Source: Alphaproteobacteria bacterium
GTDB taxonomy: Bacteria; Pseudomonadota; Alphaproteobacteria; UBA828
Reading direction: 5' to 3'
NCBI GenBank assembly: GCA_965220745.1
Contig: CBDCQT010000013.1
Coordinates: 736,001 to 800,000, forward strand
DNA: 64,000 bases
Shown piece after piece: positions 28,004 through 37,374 of this stretch. A program made the translations under genes and the position numbers. Every line of letters starts with the position of its first letter. The first letter of the stretch is position 1. The notes under the pieces were generated by a model. It was not told the origin of the DNA. It made no database searches and saw only the letters and a list, made by a program, of their open reading frames with translations.

Positions 28004-29398
28004 TCAGCCGTCGATCCTGATGTGCTCGCCCCAGGGTGGCGGTTCCGGTGACAGCCCGTCGGCGGCGCTGTAATCCGCCCAGATCACGTCGTAGCCGGGC
28101 TCCGTCTCGGGATAGCGGTCGCAATCCATGTCCGTGAAATACAGGCACACGGCGGGCCGGATGTCCTGCTCCGCGAGGCGGGCGAAGCCCGGCCGGAAGT
28201 CGGTGCCCCACCGCCCCTTGACGACGATTTGCTCCGGCAGCTCGCCCGGCGCGTAGTGCTCCTCGTCCTGCACCGCGGCGTCGACTTGGAGCACGACGGT
28301 GCGCTCGGGCTCGACCTCGGCCGCAACCTCGCGCACCTCCGACCAGAACGCCGCGAGGGCATCGCTGTCCACGGAGCCCGAGGTGTCGATGATGACGGCG
28401 AGCGTGCCCATCCCCTCGGAACGGATCGAGGGGAGATAGAGGCCTGAGTCGATGAAGCGCCGGTTGGGCACGCTCCAGGAATAGTCGTGGGCGGCCGCGT
28501 CGGTCATGTAGCGGCGCAGCAAGGAACGCCAGTCCAGGGTGCTGCAGTGGGCGTCGCGGATGGTTTCCTCCACCGCGCCGGGCGTTGCGCCTTGCGCCTT
28601 GGCGAGGTTGAGCGCCTGGTGCATGGCCTCGTCCCACACCTGTTCCTCGGCGGTGACGTCGGGCGGGCCCTGGCCGGCGGATGCGTCGTCGCCGCTGCCG
28701 ACCGGTGCGTCCATCACCTCCCCGGTGCCCGACGGATCGCAGCTCGGCGGCGTGCCGGAGTCGCTGTCGCCTGAGGAGTCGTCTCGGGGCTGCGGGTCCC
28801 CGTCATCTGCGGAAGCGCCGTGGCCGGCAGCGCCGTCGGTGTCGGGGCCGTCCTCGCCCTGAGGCTTTTGCTGCTGCGGTTCGCCGTCATCGTCGTCGCC
28901 GCTGGCGGCGTCATCGCCGGGGTCGGGTTGCGACTCGCCTTCCGCGCCGCCGTTGCTTGCCGATGGCGGGCCGTCGCTCCCTCCCCCCTCGCCCTCCTGG
29001 GGCTCGGGCAGGCGGTCGTAGGCCTGCTCGACGCTGATGCCGTCCCAGGCTTGCGTGTCGGGAGGGAGCTTGAAGCCCGCATCGCGCAACAGGCCGTGGG
29101 TGACGAGCTGCGAGGCCTGCTGCCAGCGCCCGGGCTCGCGCTCGCCCCGCCGCGTGTGGTGCTTGAGCGCGCAGGCCAGCACCACCCTGCCGATCGCCGT
29201 CTTGATGAGATCGGCGTCGGTGTTGGCCACCCAGTGGGGCGAGTAGCGGATCTCGCGCCCGTCGCTCGCAAGGGTCTCGCGGGCCACGTCCGCCCTGATC
29301 GGCAGCCTGAGCGCGAGGCTGCCGAAGAAGGGCTGGTCACGGAGCAGCGCGGTGATGCAGTCGCTGACGCGGCTGGCCGACTCCCGGCGGGCGGCCAT
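28004..29398 (-). CDS. DUF2201 peptidase-like + vWA-like protein
   Basis: PFFGSLAL...TLASDG; LDWRSLL...PNRR...YLPS; MIDAS IDTSGS; GTDFRPGF; YFTD. Confidence 0.85.
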   Translation of the reverse strand: MAARRESASRVSDCITALLRDQPFFGSLALRLPIRADVARETLASDGREIRYSPHWVANTDADLIKTAIGRVVLACALKHHTRRGEREPGRWQQASQLVTHGLLRDAGFKLPPDTQAWDGISVEQAYDRLPEPQEGEGGGSDGPPSASNGGAEGESQPDPGDDAASGDDDDGEPQQQKPQGEDGPDTDGAAGHGASADDGDPQPRDDSSGDSDSGTPPSCDPSGTGEVMDAPVGSGDDASAGQGPPDVTAEEQVWDEAMHQALNLAKAQGATPGAVEETIRDAHCSTLDWRSLLRRYMTDAAAHDYSWSVPNRRFIDSGLYLPSIRSEGMGTLAVIIDTSGSVDSDALAAFWSEVREVAAEVEPERTVVLQVDAAVQDEEHYAPGELPEQIVVKGRWGTDFRPGFARLAEQDIRPAVCLYFTDMDCDRYPETEPGYDVIWADYSAADGLSPEPPPWGEHIRIDG

Positions 29399-30294
29399 CA
29401 GGCGGCCTCGCGGTCGACGACAGGGGCGCCGAAGTACCCCGCGAACTTCTCCTTCAGCGCATCGGCGTCGCTCTTCACCTGGCGCCGCACGTTGGGGTTG
29501 AACTGCGCGGACGGCCTGAGCGTCGCCGGATCGGCGTGGGCGATCCTGTCCTTGACCTCCTGGCAGAGGCTGGCGAGCCGGTCGTCCCCAAAAATGTTGA
29601 GGCGGGGCACAACGTCGACCAGGTCCCGGACGTTGGAGATCATCGTGTCGCGGAACACCAGCGGCTTGCCCTCGCCGTCCTCGGTGAGGCGCTCCGAGAC
29701 CCGCTCCACGGCCTCGCCGAGACGCCGGTAGAGATCGCCCACGGCGTCGTGCAACCGCTCCTCGATCTCGCGCTCGATGCCGCGCTTGACGCGCTCGGTG
29801 TCGTCTGACGCGAGCTTCGCCATGAAGTGGTCCGCGTCCGGCACGGGAACGATGCGGTAGCGGATGCCGAACTTGCCCTGCAGTGCCTCCTTGGAGGGGT
29901 AGTCCCCGATGCGGAACAGCTTGCCGAGGTCCAACCGGGCGCGGTCGATGTTGTCGTCGTAGTCCTCGATGAAACGTGCGCGCTCGCGCACCATGCGCTC
30001 GCGCAGGCCATCCATCAGTTCCGTGTATGCCTCGTAGTTGGTGACCGTGAGCAGCCGCGAGCCCTGGTCGTCCCAGGGAAGCGAGTTCGCATAGTGCTGT
30101 GAGCGGGCTTCGCTCACGGTGGCGGTGAGCGCGGCGAAGGCGGCCTTGGGCAACAGGCGCTTGTTGTAGCGCCCGGCGGTGGCGGCCGCGTCGTGCTGGG
30201 CCGCGACGTGGTTGGAGGCCTGGCGGTCGTAGAGCCGGCCGGACCAGGCGGTGATGCGCAAGCTGACCAGCATGGCGTCGTGGGTGAGGTTCAT
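29398..30294 (-). CDS. DUF3150-like protein
   Basis: MLVSLRITAWSG...GRYNKRLLPK...LGKLF...DYPS; sits between MoxR and vWA. Confidence 0.7.
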   Translation of the reverse strand: MNLTHDAMLVSLRITAWSGRLYDRQASNHVAAQHDAAATAGRYNKRLLPKAAFAALTATVSEARSQHYANSLPWDDQGSRLLTVTNYEAYTELMDGLRERMVRERARFIEDYDDNIDRARLDLGKLFRIGDYPSKEALQGKFGIRYRIVPVPDADHFMAKLASDDTERVKRGIEREIEERLHDAVGDLYRRLGEAVERVSERLTEDGEGKPLVFRDTMISNVRDLVDVVPRLNIFGDDRLASLCQEVKDRIAHADPATLRPSAQFNPNVRRQVKSDADALKEKFAGYFGAPVVDREAA

Positions 30295-30321
30295 GGTCGG
30301 TGTCTCCCGATGGGCTGGGGT

Positions 30322-30705
30322 TCACTGGGTCCGGGCGGCGGCCCAGCGGATGAAGGCGTCGGTGTGCTGGAGCGCGGGCTCGCGGCGCACGCACGAGCCG
30401 ACGAGGAACTCGCCCACCTCGCGCCGGAGTCTCATGGCGTAGCTGACGATCGAGCCGAGGTTGACGTCGTCGGCCATGCGGTAGAGCGAGCCACAGAGCG
30501 CGATCAGCGCGCTCGCGTTCTCGGGCACGTCCGCGTTCTCGGGATCGTCGATGACGGCCCTCGGGTGGGGCAGCTCGCGCCAGACCTTGAGGAAGGCCGA
30601 GAACTCGACCGCCGCCGCTTCGCCGACGGCGCCCCGGAACAGCGCGCGCTCCGCGGCCGGATCGAGGTTGCCGCGCTGGTTCACCACGTTTGAGACAAAC
30701 TCCCA
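30322..30705 (-). pseudogene. MoxR-like AAA+ ATPase, 3' fragment
   Basis: WEFVSNVV...GAVGEAAAVEF; continues the PRTWE motif of the 5' fragment. Confidence 0.88.
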
Positions 30706-30787
30706 ATATCGCGACCTCGCAGATATGGCGAGGACGGGGCGACGGCCCCCGGAGCGCCTGCTCCGGAGGCTGAATCGCTCAACATAT

Positions 30788-31789
30788 TCAGGGACAGGGT
30801 ACGTGCTTGAGAATCTGCTCCAGTTGATCGCGAGCGCCCTTGAACGAGCCCTTCCTGATCTCTGACGGCAAGTCTCCTGCCACCCCATCGAACGCCTTCT
30901 TGGGATTCACTCGCAGATAGATAGCTGTGCTCTGTGCGCTGGCATGACCCAGCCAGAGCGACACAAAGCCGATATTGTCCGTCTCCTCGAGTATGAGGAC
31001 CGCGCAACTGTGCCGAAGCGAGTGCGGAGTTACATTCTTTCTCCCTATCGACGGCATCCGCTGCTGAGCAGTCTTGGTATGTACCGCCAGGCGATGAGCG
31101 AAGCCGTGGCGGGTTATCGGGCGACCACGAGCATTGATAAAAACGTGATCGGTTTTACCGGTCTCTCGGACGTCGAGCCAGCTGGCCAAGGCTTCTTTGG
31201 TAATCTTCCAGAGTGGAAGAATCCGCTCACGACGTCCCTTTCCCATCACATGCACGATGTCAAGATCAGGCTGATCGAGATCATCGAGCCTTAGCGACAC
31301 GAGCTCAGAGACGCGCAGGCCAGCCGTATACGCAAGTAGCAACATCGCTCGATCGCGAAGCCCAGAGATTGTATTGACGTCCGGCACCGCGAGAAGCACC
31401 TCCATTTCTTCACCGGTCAACCAATCTATCAGCTTCTCGTCAGCGCGCTTTTCGGGGATTGCACGAACCTGCCGGCATTGCTCCAGACAGGCTGGAGCCT
31501 TGTATTCCAGGTAGCGGAAGAATGACTTGATAGCGACGAGCCTTGCATTGCGCGTGCGTACTCCACTTCCCCGTTCTTGCTCGAGGAAGTCAAGGAACTC
31601 CAGGATAGTTTGTGGGCTAAGTTGCTCGATTTCTACTAAGCAGGCTTCCTCGTCGAGTTGGTCCTTAATGTACCTGTTTAGTAGCCGGAAGGTGGCGGTA
31701 TAGCTTGATGCTGTATGTTTGCTTGCCCGCCTGTCTCTCGGTAAGTGCTGGTGCAAGAACTCACTCAGATGTGTCGCCAGCGCTGTCAT
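30788..31789 (-). CDS. tyrosine recombinase (RitC-like)
   Basis: RDRAML...GLRVSE...GKGRRER...PHSLRH...LGH...Y. Confidence 0.93.
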   Translation of the reverse strand: MTALATHLSEFLHQHLPRDRRASKHTASSYTATFRLLNRYIKDQLDEEACLVEIEQLSPQTILEFLDFLEQERGSGVRTRNARLVAIKSFFRYLEYKAPACLEQCRQVRAIPEKRADEKLIDWLTGEEMEVLLAVPDVNTISGLRDRAMLLLAYTAGLRVSELVSLRLDDLDQPDLDIVHVMGKGRRERILPLWKITKEALASWLDVRETGKTDHVFINARGRPITRHGFAHRLAVHTKTAQQRMPSIGRKNVTPHSLRHSCAVLILEETDNIGFVSLWLGHASAQSTAIYLRVNPKKAFDGVAGDLPSEIRKGSFKGARDQLEQILKHVPCP

Positions 31790-32703
31790 TTTTTCATCCT
31801 CCCTATGTATCCACTTTCTGTTTTTTCCGCGATCTGATTGAGCAGGGTCGGAGTTGCCTCCATGTACCAGTAGGTGTGGGTCACCTGGGCATGACCAAGG
31901 GAGACCGAAAGGGCAAGCATGTGCCTGCTATGATCGGCGCCATCAGGTATGTTTTCGAGCGATCTCACGGCGAAGGAATGGCGCAAGCTGTGCAAGCTCG
32001 GGCCCGGCACGTTGCCACCAGCGCGAAGACCGGTTTGACGAAGAAGTTTGAGGAACACATAGCGCGCGACGGCATACGTCGGCGGCTTGCCGTCCGCCCG
32101 TACGAAGAGATGATCGTACACTCCTCCTAGTCGTTTTCTCATGTCGAGATAGTTGTCGAGCGCTGCACGAGTCTCCTCATGCAGCGGAACCTTCCGGCTC
32201 TTCCCGAACTTTGTCTGCTGCACGGTTAGGCTGTCCGCAGCAACATCGGCAAGTCGCAGGTTTAGGGCCTCCGACGCCCGTAGACCCGTCACGGCGATCA
32301 GCCCGATCATGTAGTGCCAAGTGTGCGGCGTGATCGATCCCAACGGCCGCAGTGTCAACGCGGCGTCCATCACGAGCCGAATCTCACCTTCACTCAGCAG
32401 ATGCGGTCGGGGTCTTGTCTTTGTCTTCCTTCCGAAGACATCGCGCGGCGGAACCTCATGACGTTGGTCTTCTCCGTGTAGGAACGTCGCAAAAATGCGA
32501 ACGACGTCCAACTTGGTGCACGACCTGTTGCGTGAACTCGCTTTGGCCGCCCAATCGACCATTGTTCCGACCCGCATGAGGTCCTCGTTCCGTTTCGCTG
32601 CAAAGTTCGCGTAGTCGAGCAGCAGCTTTTCCGCTTCGTCGTACTTGTAGCCAAGGCGCCGTTTGAGTTCGATGTAGCGTTCCACATGCGTCTTGAGGGT
32701 CAT
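31786..32703 (-). CDS. tyrosine recombinase (RitB-like)
   Basis: TGLRASEA, TKFGKSR, LHSLRHSFAV, LGH...TYWY. Confidence 0.93.
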   Translation of the reverse strand: MTLKTHVERYIELKRRLGYKYDEAEKLLLDYANFAAKRNEDLMRVGTMVDWAAKASSRNRSCTKLDVVRIFATFLHGEDQRHEVPPRDVFGRKTKTRPRPHLLSEGEIRLVMDAALTLRPLGSITPHTWHYMIGLIAVTGLRASEALNLRLADVAADSLTVQQTKFGKSRKVPLHEETRAALDNYLDMRKRLGGVYDHLFVRADGKPPTYAVARYVFLKLLRQTGLRAGGNVPGPSLHSLRHSFAVRSLENIPDGADHSRHMLALSVSLGHAQVTHTYWYMEATPTLLNQIAEKTESGYIGRMKK

Positions 32704-34256
32704 TTCGTATTCCCCCCGATCCATGGTTGCGCGAGTTCTTGAAGCATCTGCGCATCGACTTTTGCGTATAGCGCGGTGGTCTTCAGGGACTCGTGCCGAA
32801 GCAAGGAGCCGACGAAGCGGAGAGATGCGCCGGATCGCAGCAGATTGGTAGCCGCGCTGTGTCGAAAGACATGTGCGCCCCGGAACTTGGCGCGATCGAC
32901 ACCGGCGCGTTCGAGCGCAACGCGCGCGACGTAGGTGATCCCGCTTGATTCCTTGAACGGCCGGTGCGGTGCCAGCACCGACAGAAAGACCCTTTCCTCA
33001 TCTGCGCGAGGTCGGGCATTGGTGATATAGTCAAGCAACGCATCTCCAACCTCCTGCGGAAGTGGAATGGCCGTTTCCTTGTCCGATTTTCCACAGATCC
33101 GGAGCTGTGCGTTCTCCCAGTCGATATCGCACAACCGTAAGCGAGAAACTTCTCCAGCACGCAGGCCCAGCCTGGCGAGCAAGAGCACTATTGCTCGGTT
33201 GCGCACCCCCTTCGCTGTTGCTCGGTCGCAAGAATCTATCGCCCGTTCAATTATCTCAGGCGCCAAGTAACGAGGCAGTGTGGTTTGACTCCATTCTGCG
33301 ACGGTCGGAACAGCACCCACCAGTCTCGCGGAGCAGCGACCTGTGGAGGCCATAAACCGCAGGTACATGCGCAGCGTGGACGTTACTCGTTTCGCTTGGC
33401 GGATAGAGGCGCTCTCGAGCTTGTCCATTAGAGCGTTCCGGATCTGTGTTACGTCAAACTGATCGGGATTCTCTGCAAGGTCTGGGCGGAGAGAGGTTAT
33501 TGTTCCGGTGTAGTGCCGTATGGTCTTCTCACCAATGTTGCGGTTTTGCCGGAGCCAGGAACGGAACTCGTCAAGGCCGTCGTCGGCTACCGTGGGCGAT
33601 GGAAAGACGTCCGAGACCTCGCCGCGGTCAATCAAGAACTCGATAAACCGAGTGAGGCCTGACGGTTGGTAGACGGCACGTTCCTTCTTGCGCCAACCGG
33701 TGTATATTCCCGGGAGACCGCAATAGCAGTCGTGTTCGAAAAAGCACTCCAGAGTAGAACTGTCCAGCTGCCCGAGCGGGATACGGAAATGGTGCAGCCA
33801 GACGATGAAGTGGCGGCTTGTCGACCGAAAGACGTTAAGTGCCCTGTGGCTGTATCCGTTTTCTCGGGACTGCTGTAGAAACTGATCCAGTAGACCGAGG
33901 TTTTGGTCCAGTTCCTCGAGATGGAAGGTTCGCCCAGTCTCCTCAAGAAAGCGCACAAACCGAGTGACTGGCCCTACCGAATATCCGGAGTCGGACGGGA
34001 TTGCCTTGGAGAAGGGTAGATCGCAGCCGCAATCGTGACGAAAGAAGCTCGACACAACATTGCCGTCGATCGAATCCAGTGTAATGTCGTCTGCGTCCAG
34101 CCAGATCAGGAAATGCCGTACGAAACGACCGTGGTCCCGGACGCTCGTTTCCGTGAATCCGAGGCCCCTCAAGTGATCGCGATACTCGTCGAATACCTCG
34201 GGATGCGGTTCAGGCGTGAGCTGAGACCCGGACAGGCGCGTTGTTGTTGATGACAT
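32700..34256 (-). CDS. tyrosine recombinase (RitA-like, long N-terminus)
   Basis: LARLGLRAGEV, HVFRHSAAT, LLRH...TALYAKVD. Confidence 0.93.
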   Translation of the reverse strand: MSSTTTRLSGSQLTPEPHPEVFDEYRDHLRGLGFTETSVRDHGRFVRHFLIWLDADDITLDSIDGNVVSSFFRHDCGCDLPFSKAIPSDSGYSVGPVTRFVRFLEETGRTFHLEELDQNLGLLDQFLQQSRENGYSHRALNVFRSTSRHFIVWLHHFRIPLGQLDSSTLECFFEHDCYCGLPGIYTGWRKKERAVYQPSGLTRFIEFLIDRGEVSDVFPSPTVADDGLDEFRSWLRQNRNIGEKTIRHYTGTITSLRPDLAENPDQFDVTQIRNALMDKLESASIRQAKRVTSTLRMYLRFMASTGRCSARLVGAVPTVAEWSQTTLPRYLAPEIIERAIDSCDRATAKGVRNRAIVLLLARLGLRAGEVSRLRLCDIDWENAQLRICGKSDKETAIPLPQEVGDALLDYITNARPRADEERVFLSVLAPHRPFKESSGITYVARVALERAGVDRAKFRGAHVFRHSAATNLLRSGASLRFVGSLLRHESLKTTALYAKVDAQMLQELAQPWIGGNTK

Positions 34257-34384
34257 GATGGCTCTCCTCTTTTCTTGGCGAAGCCAAGAGAGGAGGCCAG
34301 AAATATGTTGAGCGATCCAGCCGCCAGAGGAGGCGCTCTGTGGGCTGTCGCCCCGTCCTCGCCATATCTGCGAGGTCGCGATAT

Positions 34385-34416
34385 TGGGAGCTATGTTGAG
34401 CTCAACATAGCTCCCA
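34385..34416. repeat. perfect 32-bp palindrome at the RIT/moxR junction
   Basis: tgggagctatgttgag|ctcaacatagctccca. Confidence 0.95.
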
Positions 34417-35058
34417 TGTCCTGGGACACGCGAAAGCCGCCTCGCGCGACTGTGGATCGAACACATTCAGAAGCTCCGGCCTGAGCTGGATAAAGAAGAG
34501 TGTCTCGGGCGCGATTCCGTTCGCGGCCCCCCACTCGCACCAGTCCGAAGGGTCGACCTTGATCTCGAGGTGGACGAAGCGCGATGCCAGTGGGGTCGGC
34601 ATGCGGTGGGTGACGCCGCGGTCGCCCTCGCGGTTGCCGCAGGCCATGAGCGAGGCGCCTTCGGGGAGCTCGTAGTCCCCGCACTTGCGGTCGCGGACGA
34701 GCTGGAAGAGCGCGGCCTGTACCATCGGCACGCCGGAGGGGAGCTCCTCCAGGTTGACGAGGTAGAGGTCGGTGCTGTCGGTGGGCGGCAGAAAATCGGG
34801 GGGCGCCCAGCGGGTACGGTTGTCGTCGTCGCGCCAGGGGATGCCGCGCAGGTCGACGGGATCGAGGAGCAGGGCGCGCACGTCGTAGTAGGTGCGGCCG
34901 CCTTCGGCGGCGACTTGTTGAGCGACCTCGCTCTTGCCGCACCCGGGCCCTCCCCAGACCATGACCGGCTGCCTGGCTTCGATGAGGATCTTGAGGGTGG
35001 CGGCGAGTTCGCTGGGGCGCAGCGTGTAGTCGGCGGAGATGGTGTCGGGGTCGGGCAT
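34411..35058 (-). pseudogene. MoxR-like AAA+ ATPase, 5' fragment
   Basis: WGGPGCGKS, DPVDLRGIP, LEEL, CGNR, SRFVH, CPRTWE, then element DNA. Confidence 0.9.
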
Positions 35059-35193
35059 GGGCGGCTCCTGAATGCGGGGAGTCGGCGCGGACGTCTCTCA
35101 GTCGTCCGACCTCGCCCGAGCCAGAGCGCCCGCCCCTTTCGCCGGCTCGGGGCAACGGGCGGGCGCGATCTGCGGTGGTCGGCGGAAATGCGG

Positions 35194-35769
35194 TCAGGCG
35201 TTCTGCGTCGCGGCTTGTGCGAGAGGTGCGCCGCCGGCGAGGCAGCCGACCCGGATGCGGCCAGCCCAGACGTCGGGGCGTGCGGCCGGGTCGTCCTCGC
35301 GAAGGTGGTGCCTGAGTTCCATCCACAGGCGCCCGAGGACGTTGTGGCCCTCGTAGCGATCCGCGACGGGGCGCGCGCCCCACCAGGGGTCGCGGGTCGA
35401 GACCTCGACGATGGGGCGCTCGCCGGTTTCGGCGAGCACCGCGTCGATCTCGGCCGCGTTCGCCTCGCGCTTCATGCGCAGCACCCAGCGCATGACGTCG
35501 ACGCGCTGCGCGTTCCATCCGGGATCGATGCCGAGCCCCGGCGTGCGGCCGATGGCGGCGGCTTGCCTCGCCGTCGGGGCCTCGGCGATGCGTTGCTGGA
35601 CGTCGGGGTGCCCTGCGAACTTGGCAGCCTGGTACAGGCTTTCGGAGAATTGGAACGACCAGGGACCGGCCAGGATCAGGACGGCGAGCGGCTGGAAGTT
35701 GCTGAAGGCGCCCCACGCGGCATTAGTGAAGCGGAACAAGCAGGCCTGCTCCTTGATATAGGTGCGCAT
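35194..35769 (-). CDS. NADAR (YbiA) family protein
   Basis: FSNF...SESLYQAAKF...W...VMRWVLRMK...IVE...DPWWG...GHNVLGRLWMELR; GGAGGA RBS. Confidence 0.9.
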   Translation of the reverse strand: MRTYIKEQACLFRFTNAAWGAFSNFQPLAVLILAGPWSFQFSESLYQAAKFAGHPDVQQRIAEAPTARQAAAIGRTPGLGIDPGWNAQRVDVMRWVLRMKREANAAEIDAVLAETGERPIVEVSTRDPWWGARPVADRYEGHNVLGRLWMELRHHLREDDPAARPDVWAGRIRVGCLAGGAPLAQAATQNA

Positions 35770-36073
35770 CGGTTCCTCCCTCGCGGACGGCTGGCCGAGC
35801 GGCGGGGGACTCGCTCCCCTGCCGAGGGCTGCCCCTCCCGGTCCGGCCTCTGCCTCGGGGTGCCGGCAATGCCCGGAGGCGGCGTTGGAAGCCCAGTTGC
35901 CGCGGCGCCCGGACGGTCGGCGGAACTTGGCCGGAACGGGCGGGTTATGCTCGCAAGCGCGAAGCTGCGGCGATGGCGGCGTTGGCCAAAGGGCTGTCAC
36001 CGGAAAGGGTGTGTCGGCCTCGCGGGGAGGTTGGCGGGTTCAGGGCGCGATCGGGGGATCGGAGGAGTCGAAA

Positions 36074-36304
36074 ATGAACAAGGCGGCGGTCGTCGCACGC
36101 GTGGCCAGACGGATGGGGCTGAACAGGTACACGGCCGAAGGAGCGGCCGACACCGTTCTGGAGGCGATCGCCGAATCCCTAGCGAAGGAAGAAGATGTGC
36201 GGATCGCGGGGTTGGGCCCGCGCAGGACGCTGAACCGGGATGCAAGACAGGGACGCAATTCGGGGGCTTCGGAAGGGCTGGCCATTTCCATCTCGGCGGG
36301 GTAG
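36074..36304 (+). pseudogene. degenerate HU/IHF-like protein
   Basis: MNKAAVVARVA...VRIAGLG...RQGRN, ending early without the C-terminal strand/helix. Confidence 0.7.
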
Positions 36305-36541
36305 TAGCCGAGGCCCCTGGTCACGAGCCAGAGCCGAGCGGGGTCGCCCTCCGTGCGCGGCTTGGGGGCGGGCATCGGGACATACCGGGTGATGGAAGCG
36401 AGCCCACCGTTCAGGCTGCATGGACAGCAGGCGCCGGCGGGAAGGAGAGAACCGACACCTGTCTCCGGAAACATCGGCCTCGATGGCTCCGGGGTGGGTG
36501 TGACACGCATCGCCTGGAAAGGGCGTAAGGGAGAACCAGTG

Positions 36542-37069
36542 ATGACGTATCCATTTGCCAGTCTTTGGCGGCTGCGCCGCGTGGCGGTCGCTGCGGCTGC
36601 GATAATCGGCCTGTGGTGCGCGGCAGGCACCGCCGCCGCAAGCGAAAACGGCACCGTCGAGCTGGTCACCAGCTTCGAGCGCGACTACGTCACGTTCGAC
36701 CACGCAGGTGGAACGGTCACAGGTGGCATCTTGCGCGGGACGACGACCATCACGGAGAGCAGCGGCGGCCCCTTCGCGGAGGGCGAGAGTAGTCTCGTGG
36801 TGTGCCTGGTCTACGCGAGGAAGACGGATGCCGGCCTGGACCTGGAAACGCCCTGCACGAACACGGACACGTCGGGCGACTCATGGTTCTGGATGGCGAA
36901 GAGGACTGCGGGCGATACCGAAGCCGGTGGCGGCGGCGATGGGCAACGGGAGCTTCTTGGTGGCACCGGCAAGTATGCCGGCGTCAGCGGCGCCTGCACC
37001 TACTCCGCCAGTTATCTCGCGGACAACCGTTCCGTTTCGGTGGCGAGCTGCGAGTGGCGAAAGCCGTGA
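36542..37069 (+). CDS. secreted hypothetical beta-rich protein
   Basis: Signal-peptide-like N-terminus, paired Cys, GGTGKYAGVSG motif. Confidence 0.7.
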   Translation: MTYPFASLWRLRRVAVAAAAIIGLWCAAGTAAASENGTVELVTSFERDYVTFDHAGGTVTGGILRGTTTITESSGGPFAEGESSLVVCLVYARKTDAGLDLETPCTNTDTSGDSWFWMAKRTAGDTEAGGGGDGQRELLGGTGKYAGVSGACTYSASYLADNRSVSVASCEWRKP

Positions 37070-37374
37070 CCCTCTAGCTCGGCGACGACATGGCCTGGCG
37101 GACTGCAGCTCCAGCGGGCGGTGTCCGGTGCGGCCCCTGGCGTGCCGCGAAAGGCTGGAAGCGGTCTCGGGACGACCTTGCCGATTACGCCGACCTCTGG
37201 ACCGCGGACCCGATCCTCACGCGGTAGGCCCTGCCGCCGGCACCGAACCCGGTCGGTGTTGTTCGGCACGCACAGTGGAAGCCGATCGCCGTGGGAACGC
37301 ATTGAATCCCTTCGATGTCGTGAGGCCAGACGACGACGCCGAACGACACGTTGCGGTGGTTGAGCGGTGGGCGG

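Larger units (their letters stand above)
30700..34410 (-). mobile_element. RIT (recombinase-in-trio) element inserted in moxR
   Basis: Three overlapping tyrosine recombinases, lower GC, 89-bp imperfect IRs (30700-30788, 34302-34390), ctccca repeated at both junctions. Confidence 0.92.

Noticed and set aside
28004-30706. 900-aa ORF as one protein
   Set aside because: The N-terminal 436 aa overlap the DUF3150 and moxR genes in another frame; the real start is ATG 29398.
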